From positions 47,742,001 through 47,806,000 of the forward strand of contig NC_087436.1 of NCBI RefSeq assembly GCF_036321535.1: DNA of 64,000 nt. Reading direction: 5' to 3'. Positions 23,801-37,024 of the stretch are shown one piece after another. The DNA comes from Camelus dromedarius. Its lineage: Eukaryota. Below the pieces are notes generated by a model that had not been told where the DNA came from, did no database searches, and saw nothing but the letters and a program-made list of their open reading frames with translations. The translations under genes were made by a program, and so were the position numbers. Each line of letters begins with the position of its first letter. The first letter of the stretch is position 1.

Positions 23801-25334
23801 AGTTCCAAGGGATCTGTTCTGCAGAGATGAGAATGATGAAGAGTCTGAGAATGCCTGGGCTTAGTTTATCTGCTTAAACAGAGACCCAGCTCTTAGTAGC
23901 ATTCACATTAGAGAGGTGCTTGTTCTCTAGAAAATACTTAGATTTTTAAGGTGACTCTGCATAGTTAAGTGGATATTGGTAAAGAGTAGACAGGCATGCC
24001 CTCAACTTCCTTCTGTTTTAGAAAAGACTTCAGAGAATGCACAGTTCATAAGCTTCCAACTTCTGTCTTTTGTGTAGTTCCTTTTGGCCTGTGGTATCAT
24101 TCTTCTGAACTCCCCTGATGTGCTCCCAAGATGCAGTGAACATTCAGTCAGCTGACATTTTCACCAGGTTTAGTAGAACCTTGTAAACATATAATAATGG
24201 TGGAGGCTTTGCTGTGCATCCTTGAACTGGAGACTAGGTCCAAAGACTTTAAAGGGATACTCTGAGCTCTTCAGAGCTGGCCGCTCATCAGGTAATGATG
24301 GCAGTCCAGTTAGTCAACACCCAGGAGGAAATCAGGAATGATGAATTGTTACTTCGCAGTGCTTTCCACTTTGAACTTTTTATTTGGTCTCCTGTAGTCT
24401 AATTCTTCTGTCTGTTTCCCTTTCCACCTCCTTTCCTGTCCACTCCTATCCCTTTTTAACAGTTCATCACAAAAAAGAAAGTTAAGAATTGGATGGTCTT
24501 CCTCTCATTTTTTAACACCTTTGACTAAAAGCGGATTTGTGAATAATCATTTCCAGAAAGCGCTTGCATTGGGTGCCAGTAAATTGACTCTTGCTTCCAA
24601 GTATGTAAGTGTGTAAGAGCATAGGGGTGGGAGAATGGGTGAGGTTTTTGTTTGTTTGTTTTTACTTTTTCCTTGCTGCCAAGATTGTGCTAATTGCCTG
24701 TGCTCCTGGTCTTCATTTTGGGGCATCAGATCTATCTGATTAAACATTTTAATAATGCCGAGGCCAACGTGCTTTTTATCATGGGTTCTCTCTCTCCCTT
24801 GCTCCTTAAGTTCCATGTCATTTACTGAGAAATCAAGATAGAAAAGAGCACCCATTGTCCATCTATTCACCATTTATTCAGTGGGTGCACGTGCCTGCTC
24901 TGCACTGTACTGAGGATTGTAGGAATTTTGAGAGATGATTTTATTGTCATTGTTTCTGTAATTTTTAGAGTGATATAAGTTTCATATATTAACCATCTAA
25001 AAATATAATTCTAAGGCATTATTTGATTAGGTTAGTGGTGGTGGGAGGTTAGTCTGAAGCTTTGAATACTCAGAAAATTCAGAATAACAGAAAGACTATG
25101 GTGGGAGTGAGGTTGGTCACTGGTAACTTGCCAGAAGAGAAAGTCTTGAAATGGCCTTGAAGGAAGCGTAGGGTTTGGGCATGTTTTCCAGTGTGTGTGT
25201 CACAAACCTTCATCAAATTCTAATTCCTGTTTACTATGAGTGAGAAAGTTTCTGAAACAGTTGCAAGTGATAGTCTTGGTTCTGATCCTTATTGTTATGT
25301 TAAAAGTTATTCATCGATTTCTTTTGCTTATAAT

Positions 25335-25452
25335 ATTCAAGTCTTTTCTCCCCATAGTAAACATCTTAACAGCAAGGTCTATTTCTACCTGATCTTATAT
25401 CCCCTTGGCAAGTGGCAGAGTACTGTGCATGTAGTAGATGCTCATTAAGGTG
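25335..25452 (+). mobile_element. L2 3'-end fragment
   Basis: 'tagtaaacatcttaacagcaaggtctat...cagagtactgtgcatgtagtagatgctcattaa'. Confidence 0.65.
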
Positions 25453-25469
25453 TCCAGGGGAGAGAGATA

Positions 25470-25720
25470 GACCGTAGTGTTGAAGAGCATAAACTTTGGA
25501 GCCAGGATACTCAGGTTCAAACCCAAGTGGTGCTCACTTCTTCTAGCAATGCACATGGACAGATTACTCAAACCTTTTATGTCTCAGTTTCCTTACCGTA
25601 ATCTGAGGATAATAACACTGCTTACTTCATAGCATTGTTGTGAGGATTAAATAAGGTAATATGCATAAAATGCTTAGACAAGTGCCTGGATATCATTATA
25701 ATCTTCACTTTCATCACCAT
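25470..25720 (+). mobile_element. Near full-length MIR SINE
   Basis: 'gaagagcataaactttggagccagg...ggttcaaaccc...tctcagtttcctt...ttgttgtgaggattaaataaggtaatatgcataaaatgcttagacaagtgcctgg'. Confidence 0.9.
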
Positions 25721-28700
25721 CATCATTAGCAAACGTTTATGGGAATAAAATGGAAGCAAGTGGACCATTTTGGGAAAAGGAGATAGATGAATACTTTAGA
25801 TAAGGCAGGGGTAACAGATGAAATCTTTTAAGTGCCAAGCTGAATAGCTTAGTAGTTGGAAGAAATCAACATTCATTAGATAAGATGGCTTTAGCCTTAG
25901 GTCTAGGGGCCAAATCATTCAGAGTTAGAGACTTGGTCCCATTGCTTGGTCTTGTGATGGTGGAGAAGGAGGTTATAATTAAATGTGGCCAAGAGGACAG
26001 AAAACCAGCCATGAAAAAGCCTTACATAGTTGCTGTGCTTAGGGCTTTTATATCAGAAGAAACCTTTATGCCCTGTGCATTCAGCTCACATTACCTGAGG
26101 TATTCTGCTAAGTAGAGCTATCAGATTAGGTGGCTTAGTCATTGTGTCTGACTTCATGGAGTTTACGGTTTTACAGGTGGCCAGATTTTAAACAACTTGA
26201 ATTAAGTGTGATGAATGTGACGATGGGAAGCACAGAGGACTGTGGGAGGCATCTCCCAGTCTGTGTCCTCTTCCTGCCCATCCCATGTTGCCAGTTGATG
26301 CACTTGAAAGCCTTCAGAATCTGGCTCAAAGCCTGTCTTCCGCCGGAAGTCACTGTCGACAGTTTCATTCGTTTCATTTTCTCTTGTCCTTAATCCTGTC
26401 ATTCTACAAACATGTGCTGATACTCTAAGTTTTCATATTCTTCTGAATTTATACAGCTTTCATACAAGAAGATGTAGTAACAATTCTGAATGTTATGTTT
26501 ACTGCTACTTCCCTGTGTCTTTTTCTGAAAATCCTTCTGGAATGAGAAATCGATTTCTTCAAAAACCCGATTTTTATCTTCTCCCGGAGATCTTTTGAAG
26601 TCTGTGGTGTCTCTCTGGAGTTAGCACTCAGTCATCACTTTTCACCCCACTTTTAGTGGAGTCTTTCCTGTATCTTTGCTCTTTGATTAATGCATTTTAT
26701 CTTCCTTTTATCTGGGAGAGCCAAGTCCATGATGAAAGATGAGAGGTCGGATATCCCGGCACCTTGAAGAAGTAGCCAGTTCTGGGTCTCATTTGCAGTG
26801 CGTTTTGTGTGTGTGTGTATGTGTGATGAGTGCATATCTTTTTTTTTTTTTTTTTTTGAAGCAGGACCAAGAAGGTAAGGATACATGTTTGTTGAACTAC
26901 TAAAAATCTCACTTATTGTAGGAGCAAAAGAAATAAAAGTCCAGTTCTTACTACAAAAAGAATGAATAATCTCAGTAAACACTTAAATTGAAGACTTAAA
27001 CAAAAGTCTTTATTTTCTTAAACTTGATGTGGCATGAGGTAAGAGTCATAGAGCAACAAATCCAAATTAATAACTGCGAACCTCAAACAGCATGCTCAGA
27101 GTGCTCAGTTACAAAAGAGCTGATTTTTACAACATGACGAGACAGACAATTATCTATCTATTGTCTCTTATACTAAGACTGATCTCTGCCCTGACTCATT
27201 TTAGACCCGTTCTTTCTCTGGAGAATATCTTCTGCACAATCTGTAAGGTCCAAGATAGCAATAATCTGCTGAACACATGCAGAACAGATGGTTGAAGAAA
27301 TTATCTGCCCGTTCGATTGTTACATTACTCATTCCTGCCACCCTGCTGCCCATGCCAACAGAAGGCTGTTTAAAGCCATTCTTCAGGTCCTTCTCTGTGT
27401 TGATTCACAGAGGCCACTTGGCATGGCTGTCTCGGGAGGGGTACAAGGAACAACATCCTCAGACAATGTTGCCTAAAGTTTCTGGCAGAATGCTTTTAGG
27501 GAGTAAGAAAAAAGTAAGCTGATGTCATTCAGGTAATGTCCAAGTTACATTTTTCGTCTCCCTAAGGTACTTTTTTTGGAGCTCTTGGGAATGAACTGCA
27601 ATCAACGTTCTGGAAAATTCAGTCTACATTCTGTGCTAGTCTGGGGTTGGAAAGTCTTGTCTTAGAGAGACAGCTAGGAAGCCAAGAGAAGCTGAGGAAT
27701 GTGAATAGCAAATACTAGAGATGAAAGAGTCCTTGTTGACCTCAGAAGTTGCCCCCTCTATTATCTCCATATTGTAACCAACAGCCAGAATTTGCCGTTT
27801 GAATTGTCTTAATCCCTCAGTGAGGTAAATCACAAATGTTTGCGGACGGATATTTCTGAATCCACCTCCTATGCCACAGATCCAGAAAAGAAAAGGGAAA
27901 AAAAAGAAAAACAAACTAACTAACAAAAAACACAATACTATAGAAATTGAGTTTTCAGTCCTTTAGTTGGCTGAGTTTTGGAATAAGTCATTCAGTCAAT
28001 GCATCCTTGCATTAAGTAGTTCTAATAATACCAGGATTAAAGCCAGGTGAGTTGAAAAGGTCACATTGAGAACCTGTAGTCTCTGCCACACTCTTTCCCC
28101 ATTTACATTTAATTGAATTTTAAGTGGGTTCATAACGAATGGAGAAAATGACTGTACTGTTTCTGCCACTTGGTTTTAATTAGTGACTGGGAATTAAAAA
28201 GTCCTGGTTTAATTTAGCAATGAAAGGGTTAGTTTGAAGCTTGAGAAGAAATGAAACAATATACCGTGTAAGGTTTTACTTTATTTGGGGCTGCTTTTTT
28301 CTCATTTCTTTGAATTTGTATACTGTAGTTTTGTGCCATGGACTGTGCGGGGGCCAAAGTATCCCTGTCCTCATAGACCTTACATGGTATAAGGTCACTT
28401 TATTGTTTGGACTTAAATAAGAAATCCTTCAAAAAGTAAAACTCTCCAGGAAAAATCCTGACACTAAAACAAATGTGAAAGCACATTAGATTTAGCATGC
28501 TCTGCCTACTATGGGAGTAGTCATTTCTACAAATGACCATTGTTCTGGTCAAAATGGTTTTCTGCTCATTGAAAATACTGGTTACTACATATATTCCCTT
28601 AAGATATTATTCAGTGTGCAAAATACCAAACTCTTTAGTCATTAAAACAGATAGTTTTTTTTCTATAATTTGTGCAAGAAATGGCATATAGCAAAACAAT

Positions 28701-30479
28701 ACTTATGAGTTTTTAGGTGAGTGGCAAGGAGAGCCCAAAGATGGCAAGGATTCAAAGTGAGGCTTTGCAAGGGACTCATAGGTCTTTAAATCAAAAGAGC
28801 CTTTAAACATTTTGGCCAAGTGGCTCTACTGTCTTTGTTTCTCCCTTTCAGCCTTCACTCTGTCCTTTTATCTGGAAGATGTTAGTAGAGAATAAATAAC
28901 ATGGTGAAGTGGCTTTGCTTTTTATGGTTTCCTAAGGCTATGACTATTTTACAGAGATTCATTCCACTGGAAGTCCCAGCTTTCCTGTTCTTATTATCCA
29001 CTCTTCACACGGTGGTTTAGACTAAATTGGCCATTGCGGAGTTTGGAGAACAGTCTGCTTAACACAGTAAATTGCACTGCTACTTCCATACCCATCTCTC
29101 ACGGCCCACGTTCTGGGGCCGATCAGATGCACGGTCTCTAACCCTGAAGAGCACATCAGTGCCTCACTCTCCACCGCATATTTGAAGTTAGCTCCTCTTT
29201 ACAGTTGTACTTCAATCATGTTTATTTGGCCTAGTGAGTGGGTATCAGGAAACAGGTAACTTGGAAGGAGAGATGACTACTGGAAGATAATTTCCGCTTC
29301 AGCAAGATGCACTGCTTCACAGTTTGACCGTCCAACCCCCAACCAGAGGTGTTGAAGTCTCAGTAAGGAGCTCTCTTTGCCTAGTGAAACTGTGACGGGG
29401 GAAGCACACATCTCTTCATGCAACCATGCCATGATGTGAGCCAGATTAAGTCCCCGGTGAGCTCTTGTAAATGGAATTTCTCTTCTAGAGGATTGTCAGC
29501 AGACTCAGCAAAGACTCTATTCCATGTGCATGCTAATTTAGCTAGTCAACAGCAGGAGAAAGGGTAATCATACACAGAGGTTCATGATAACTGGTAATGA
29601 GTTAGACATAGCAGAAAACCCAGTGCGGAATAACCAGGTGGAGCAGGAGGGAAGGTAGGATTTGGAAATACTTGCAATGAGACCGTGCTGTAAACTAGGG
29701 AATGAATGGTGAGTGACAGTGTCCCTGTGTCCAGTCTGGGCAGCAGCAGCTACATGCTCCCTGGCCAAGGCTGCAGACCAGGTTAACTGTCCAGAATTGC
29801 AGCTCATGGTCACTCATCTATTCTCCCAGCAGACAAGAACTGTTCTGGCCTCAAAACTCCTTGAAACAATTAATGTTGCTGTTTCTCTTCTGTTTTTGTA
29901 ACTTTGACAATATGTCAGTAACTTGTTAAATCCATAGATGGTGGAGAATTTGGAAAACAAAACTGAAAACAGTTCAGGCGCTGTCAATGCAGATCTTCCA
30001 GTCTCCAGATGTTGCTAGAGCTCCAAGGGCAGTATTTGCATGTTATGCTGACTGCAAACTTAGGCAGTTAAGTTGTAATGTGGGAGGCACTGTTGTCCTC
30101 ATTGTGTAACAACAGAAAAGAGCTATTTCTATAGTAGACAGGGTTCTTAAATCTGGGAGGATTTGTGTCCTGACCCTGCTCCCTCCTAAGATGATTCCAA
30201 ATATTTGTAATTCTACAAAGCCTTTTTATAGTTTTCATCACCTCCTTGTTTTCCCTGACTGCTTCCTCCCTCTGGTATTATAACTGGGTCATGATAAGGT
30301 ACCAGAGAACCACCCACAGGAATGAGGGAAGAGAATCCTAATTGTTTTAGTATTTTGGAAGAGGATGTGATCCGTCTGAATACATTTTGTTTGGATTGCC
30401 TTTCCTCTTTTGACCCGTAGCCAAAAAATAAGTTCGATTGAATTTACAATTGTGACCCTCTGCACTTAAGTGGTTTACT

Positions 30480-30480
<1 letters not shown>

Positions 30481-30561
<81 letters not shown>

Positions 30562-30564
30562 CGC
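30481..30564. repeat. Compound microsatellite (GT)36(GC)6
   Basis: Perfect GT run at 30481-30552 followed by a GC run at 30553-30564. Confidence 0.98.
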
Positions 30565-31778
30565 CTGTGAGCATGGGTGAGGGTTTTGTTCTTGTGATGT
30601 ATAATAGCTCTGTAGCATGGTCGTTTCATGTAAGTTCTGGGGAAATGCTAGCGTATGCTGTCAATTGTGATAAACACAGCTGTTAATCATCAATGTTTCT
30701 GTATCTCCAAAAAAACAGACAAAGAAACCTGAGAACTGTCACTGATTCTAATGATTTACAACATCACAGTTGGTAGGAGTCTGAGATGACTGTTTGTAAC
30801 ACATTTGGATCTTCTCCATTTATTGTTTTACTATATATCCATCATAGAATAAAAAAACATTAAAATTATCCACAGGTGCCTCTAATGGTAGGAAAAGAAC
30901 TCAAATCCCCACGACATGAAGTGAATGAGAGGATAAGAAAGAAATGTGCTATTTATTCTATCCCCTGAGTAATGAAAGAGTAAGCTGAAGGAGAAAAGGT
31001 CAGTGTTTTTCTGTGAACATCATCTGGGTTATGAGCATGTTCATGGTTTACATTTTTTTTCAAGTGCACATTCGTGAAACTCAGCATCCTTCCCTCTCGT
31101 TAGGTCCCTCTTCACTCAGGGACGTACGTGGCCATGATTGGCAAGTGGAAAGTGAGAACATAGCCCCTGGCGTCCCTCACATATATTTCTTTTCTCCCAA
31201 GAGTACAGGACTGGGGACAAACCACAAGAAATTCTGAGCTTTTGTGAGGTATCACTGGTTAGCAGGTGAGGTAGAAGGGGAAGAAAACAGACTTAATGTT
31301 CCTCCAAAATATAAAAGAATAGAGATGGGGTGAACAGAATCCTGGACAAATAGTAGAAATATGTAAGTAGAGGAAAATATGTCCACGCATTCCTGGGATT
31401 TGCTCTGTAAATCATAGGCTGGAAGGCCATGATTCCAAATTTCCATTCTTAGCTCTTGGGTATCTTCGAATGGCCTTGTAGCATTAATTATTTATGCCCC
31501 ATTTACTCACTGTTTATTTACAGAGAAGTATCTGAGGGGCCTGTCAGTTTGTTCCTGGCTTCCTGTTAGGGAAATGGCATAGGCTATTGGGTTGGTAGAC
31601 CAGTGGCAAGTAGAAAAATTGGCAAATAAGGACGTTAGAATTGTACCCTTATAATAAAACTTTTTAATTTTTTGGTATACATTGTATCAAATTTCTCAAT
31701 GTTAAGTATGTCTTCATTGGTCCATATATATTGCTTTTTTAAAACAGCTTGAGCTGATAATATCTAGTTGGTATACAC

Positions 31779-32044
31779 CATTGTGTAAATACTGGTAGTA
31801 AAAATATTTAAATAATTACAAATAGCTGGCTCTGACCCCATAACGGGCTGCTTGGTGGCCCAGCGGATCCAGCTCTCACAGCCCCTCCACGGGGAACCCC
31901 CCCCTCCACCTTCCCTAGATTCAGCCATTAAATGACTCCGAGCAACGCAAGGCTCTCCAGGGACCCTGCTGCTCTGCAGGTTTTATTTCACCTGTTTGGT
32001 GTCTGTGCCATATCAGTTGCTAAATATTTTGAATATCACACTTG
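31779..32044. mobile_element. hAT-Tip100 (Arthur1-like) DNA transposon remnant
   Basis: Right end 'cagttgctaaatattttgaatatcacacttg' and left end 'tactggtagtaaaaatatttaaataa...gctggctct' resemble Arthur1 termini, with a GC-richer interior. Confidence 0.55.
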
Positions 32045-32749
32045 AGCGATGCAAGAAAGCACACGCTGTTTTGCATTAATTAGACAAGCCTCAGTGCTGA
32101 AGATCAGGTTCCTGTGCTTTACCAGCTTCTCTTTGAAGGAACGTACTATAGATATTTTTTTTGTAAACTGTAACTCTTATTGTAATTTAAGTGCCCTTTT
32201 AATATTAATGTTCTACCTTAAGTTAGATATTTCTTCATAATGCAGCTCAAACTGTTGGATTAGCAGGTATTTATACATTGCCCATTCAAGGTAGTAACAG
32301 CAAGATGTTTTTCTTCACATTTTGGAGAACTTTTAGGTTTACATTGGCAAAGTGCTTGCAGGGTTAGAAATTAATCAGAGTGTCTGTTTTGGGATTATTT
32401 TTATTCCCAGTATATACATGAAATCAATAGCAGTTAAATGGAACAAATAATGACTTTATCCCTAAAGTGTTCCAGATAACATATTTTCTGCCACTGATAT
32501 TTTCCACATTTCTCCATGGCGATTGTATGAAAACATTTAATATAAAGCCTTACTAAAGTAATTTTCAGGGTCAGTTGTTCCATAGTGATTGATCAATTCA
32601 TGCAAAATATGGCTTGTGAATGAGTCCACATTATGTCTTGAAATAACAATCATGCTCTTTGGTACACTAATATTGTCCATATATATCTATTCCCTAAGTC
32701 CAGTTGCTAGTTTACTAACCATAAGTATTCGTGGATTTTGAAACCATTA

Positions 32750-32975
32750 GCAGTGGTTATGTTTACAAGGTTAAGATCAGACAGATCTGGATTTAAATCC
32801 CAGCTTCCCATAACATTCACCAAGCTACTTAATTTTTCCAAGCCTCAGTTTCTTTGTTGGCACAATAGTAATTATGAGAGTAACTGTTTCACTGGGTGGT
32901 TTTAAGGATTGAGAAAAGTAATACGTGAACAGTGGTTAGTACACTGCCTGCTGTAATACATGTTAATTATTATAA
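32750..32975 (+). mobile_element. MIR SINE
   Basis: 'cagacagatctggatttaaatcccagct...caagctacttaatttttccaagcctcagtttc...ggtggttttaaggattgaga'. Confidence 0.85.
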
Positions 32976-33481
32976 TATTTTATTTCCTTTCACATTACGA
33001 GATAGGCATTTTCAAATGATGTTTTCTTTAGCTGTTTTACACTATAAAGTTTAAGGGACTCTCCATTTGATTCAACTGCATTTCTGAAATCTCTTCAGCA
33101 AACTATCAGAGTATTTCTTTAGGAAAAATTTTCACAGGAGGATAATGCAAAAATAAATATTCCTTTGGGCATGTAGTAGTTAAAACAAAACAGAAAATCT
33201 TGCCCTGTCCCTGCATTTAACCCCATCCCACGGTGCAGACTCTGTGCCTCTTTAGCCCTAAAGCACATTGAATGTAGGTAAGTGCTTTCTGTGACTTACG
33301 AGGAAGACAGGACCGGACAAGTCAATGTGGACTGTGAGCCTGAAGTGAATTGGACCAATCTCCAGTCTGTTCTTCAGGCCTTAACATGTCATTAAAGCCT
33401 AGAGACAGAAACAGCTGAAGCTATGGGGGCAAAGTGAAAGTCAAATGTACAAAGCCAAATAGTGCTGCGGCTCAAGCAGTC

Positions 33482-33532
33482 TTCCGGAGAACAAAACAAA
33501 TTCACAACTGCAGAGAATTTTGACGTCATTCC
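33482..33532. promoter_or_regulatory. Candidate enhancer motif cluster: full CRE, TEAD, STAT6-type site
   Basis: TTCCGGAGAA (TTC-N4-GAA) at 33482-33491, palindromic TGACGTCA at 33521-33528, overlapping CATTCC at 33527-33532. CpGs are retained. Confidence 0.35.
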
Positions 33533-33704
33533 AAGTTTTTCAAGGCACTCTACTTTTTTTTTTTTTTTTTAGCTTTATCATTTTTTCCACCATAGGATTA
33601 GTTTCTCATTTTACATCACAAAGTTTTATATTTGAACTCTTAAACTATTTATAATACTCCAGGGAATAAAACATACTATATTTTATACAAAGTCCTTTTG
33701 GTTT

Positions 33705-33975
33705 TATTAGGCTGTAAATTCCTTGAGGACAAGTATTACTTCTGATGCGTTTTTGTATCCATTATAGAGTGCAGCATTATGCCTTCTGATATTGAAGCTG
33801 GTAATAAATGTGTTACACTGATATGGGTTTGAATATACTTATACATCAATGAGTTCTTTGAATTCAGCAAACGTCTAGAGCTCATGAATGATACAGTGTC
33901 TGGCTTAGGGTAAATATCTGTTTTCATGGTAGCCTCTGTGATGGGCTTTGTACAGGTGAATCTGGATATTCAGGA
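33705..33975 (+). mobile_element. Two degraded L2 3'-end fragments
   Basis: 'taggctgtaaattccttgaggacaag...ttttgtatcc...taataaatgtgtt', then 'tagagctcatgaatgatacagtgtctggctt...tttgtacaggtgaatctggatattcagg'. Confidence 0.5.
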
Positions 33976-34907
33976 ATAAGTTTATATAAGGGAATGAGAG
34001 TTTGTACCACAAATTCATATTTAATTAGAATACAAGAATCTTCTGTATGAACCCTAAGGTAATTCATATTATTGAAGAAGGATCCTATAAACCTTATTCC
34101 TCTAAAATATTTATGTCAGCAGAGTACCAATAATAAAAATTCATGATCACTTAATCAAACTGAAATTATTATTTAAAGTATAATAATTTGAAAGTATATT
34201 TCCAAGAAATATTTTAAAATTGTGCACCTAATTCAAAAGTCCTGAAAAAGAAGGTATGTGGGAGAAGGACAAAAAAAAAGTTTGTGTGGTTATATTTCGG
34301 GGTATCAGCACCAGTCATGGTAAAAGAATCAGCATCTTAGATGAAGTGAGCAAGGGAAATGACAGCTGTCTGCGTCATTCTCAGTATTAGGGGTCTGCTC
34401 ATCTAATCACCCTGCCTTTTACTTTACTTTGTTATCCCTAGTAATTGTGGTTTCCTGGAGGATTCTCTACTACAGCCTTTGGTTAGACTCACACACAGCT
34501 CACACGGGAGCTTTTCAGCCCCATTTCCCCTGGAGGACTCTCTCAGATCTCCTTTGCCTTGGCTCTGTCATAGAACAATATTCCACTGGAAGAGGAGTGC
34601 TGGCTGGATCCCTGTTATCACCTAATTCTCTTTCATTTGATGAAATCCTAGATCCCTCTTTCAGAGAAGCATTCAACAGACTGAAGTTGAAACAGAGTAA
34701 AATTTATCTGAAACTAAAGTGTATGTGAAGTTATGCTTATTCTGAGGCACCCTGGAAAGCACTGGTAGCTTTGGTCACTGTGTCTGCAAATAGTTCATCA
34801 GAAAGGGAATGCTTGATGAAGAGAATAGAGTGCTTTGCAGGATAAACATTTCCTTTGTGTTACATTAGTGAGGTAAGGCTTTGGAAGTGAGGGGATCTCT
34901 GTGCAAG

Positions 34908-35397
34908 TCAGTAATAGATGCTACTGATGCTGCTCTATCTCCCCTGGGCACACCTGAGTGCACCTGCGGCTGTGATGGAGCTTCCGGCCTGCTAACTGCT
35001 TCTCACCTCCTGTTATCTGCGACACACCTGAAGACTTTCACAGGCACCCTGGAAGCTTTTTCTGCTGCTCAGAAGTACAGGGGAGTTAAGGATCCTGTGG
35101 ACAATTCTCAACCCCGTGGGGATGGGAGATGGTGGGTCAGTGCCCAGTCTTCCAATTCTGTGGTGGGAATATTCAGAGGCATGTTCTAGATTGTTTCTAA
35201 GAGGGTCCCCAGCAAGCCTGAGCCCCAGGTACCTATGGAGCTATGCCCATAGCCGACACAACCTGTACTGGGTTTTTTTTCCTTCCTTGTCTCACTTTCC
35301 TTATTATCTCCCTTTGTTTCTGAAGATCACTTCCCAAAGAAATTACCTGCACCAAGTCTTTGTCTCAGTATCTGGTTTGAGAATCCAAAGTAAGATA
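34908..35397 (+). mobile_element. LTR16-family (ERVL) solo LTR
   Basis: 'gagggtccccagcaagcctgagccccag' and the terminus 'gatcacttcccaaagaaattacctgcaccaagtctttgtctcagtatctgg...ccaaagtaagata' match the LTR16A/C 3' end. Confidence 0.85.
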
Positions 35398-37024
35398 AGT
35401 TCCTAACTATGCAATTAACTTGTACTGAGACTCAGAAGAGGTTCTTTTATTTTTCTAGATCTAAGTTTCTTGACCCATCAAATGAGACTTGGGCTAACTG
35501 GGAATTTCCTTATTTATTGAGCTGCAGAACTCTTTAAAAAAAAATCAAATTAAATCTTAAATAAAACCTTATAACACAAAAATAAAAATGATGGATATAT
35601 TTCTTAGGTAATTTAAAGCTTTTTTGTCTGTTTGGCATTTACTTGTTACTGATCGCTGAGGTATATTATTGGGTTTTTGCAATTCCTTGTAGCACAATTT
35701 TGGAATGATTGGACTAGATGATGTTTAAGACTCATGGGAAGTTTAAAATTCTGAGATTCTAACAGTGGATAAAGGTCCGTGAGGAGCTCTCTACTTCCAT
35801 CCTAATCTCTGGGTTATTTTCCCAAGTCCAAACCCATTCAGAACCAATTTAGAATCTTTCTTCCCCATAGCATTTATTTTCCCATCACCAAATGATTATA
35901 TGTGGACCCGTACATGTGCATATGTATTTACATATTCTAAAGAACGAATCAGAAATATGTTTCTCGGCTTGTGGCATGCCATAGTTTTCTAGGAATTTTA
36001 GTACAAAGACTATAAATTCTGATGATACGCTAAATGAACATATGGGCAAAAAAATTTTCGTTTTTTTTACTTCATCATAAACATATTCAGTAATACTTTT
36101 CAGCTTTAACACAGGTGAAAAAATATATATTTCAGAGAGACTGTATGCTGTACTTTTTTGGGGGGGGGCTCCCAAATCTTAATTCTGGGCCATTTATATA
36201 ATTCTCATAAGTTATTTTCCTTTCTGCAACAAGGTATTTCGACTAGTTTCAAAATAAGATTATTATTTTTTCCTGAAAGTATCCACAGGCCTTTTTATTT
36301 CCTCCTTTCCCACACTTTTTTCCTAAGCTGGGACCTGGACTTTCATCAGCCTATCTTCCCCTATTATGTTCCTTAGACTATTTCAGTACATTCCTTTGTC
36401 CTTCCAGGTAAACCACTAAACGCGCAACCACTTGTTTTCCCTGGGACTGGTTCCAGCACATCTTTCTCCTCACTAGTCATTCTAGGGACACTTTCCCCTC
36501 ATCTCTTAAACCCTGAACTTTTGCTTAACTTGTAGAAATACACAGAAAAAAAATCCTTTCTTGCATTTTTTTTTTTGAGGAATGGCAATTATTCCCATTG
36601 TTCTTAATATCTTTGCCTTTGTAATCACGTTTTTTTTCTTTTCTTTTTTTCCCTTTTTTTGATGAATTGAACAGAGATCCAATTTACTAAATTTGGAGAA
36701 GAGATAGAATAACTCCCACCCAACTTTCTGGCAAATATTTCTATCCAGATAACATGTATGCAGGTTTCATTAGGAATAATTTTCTCCCAACTATGATTCT
36801 TAGTGATATTAGTAAGGCGTTTCTTATTGAAGCTGAAAGTTGGTAAGAAAGAGAATAATTTATATATCTGCATTAACCCACCCATGAGGTCTCACATTTC
36901 CAGAGGAGGTGATGGTTGTGAGTTCCTTTGATAAGGTTTTTATTTACCCAACAATTTTCTATAGTATTTTGAAGCTTTGAACTACAGGACCGTGTTATGT
37001 CAACACTTAACTTTTTAAAGATTA

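Noticed and set aside
26729..26790. ATGATGA box-C-like motif suggesting a C/D snoRNA
   Set aside because: No CTGA box D or terminal stem at a suitable distance.
29069..29090. AATTGCAC resembling the miR-25/92/363 seed
   Set aside because: The rest of the mature miRNA does not match and no precursor hairpin is evident.
30347..30686. His-Thr / Cys-Val repeat ORFs
   Set aside because: Translations of the (GT)n microsatellite.
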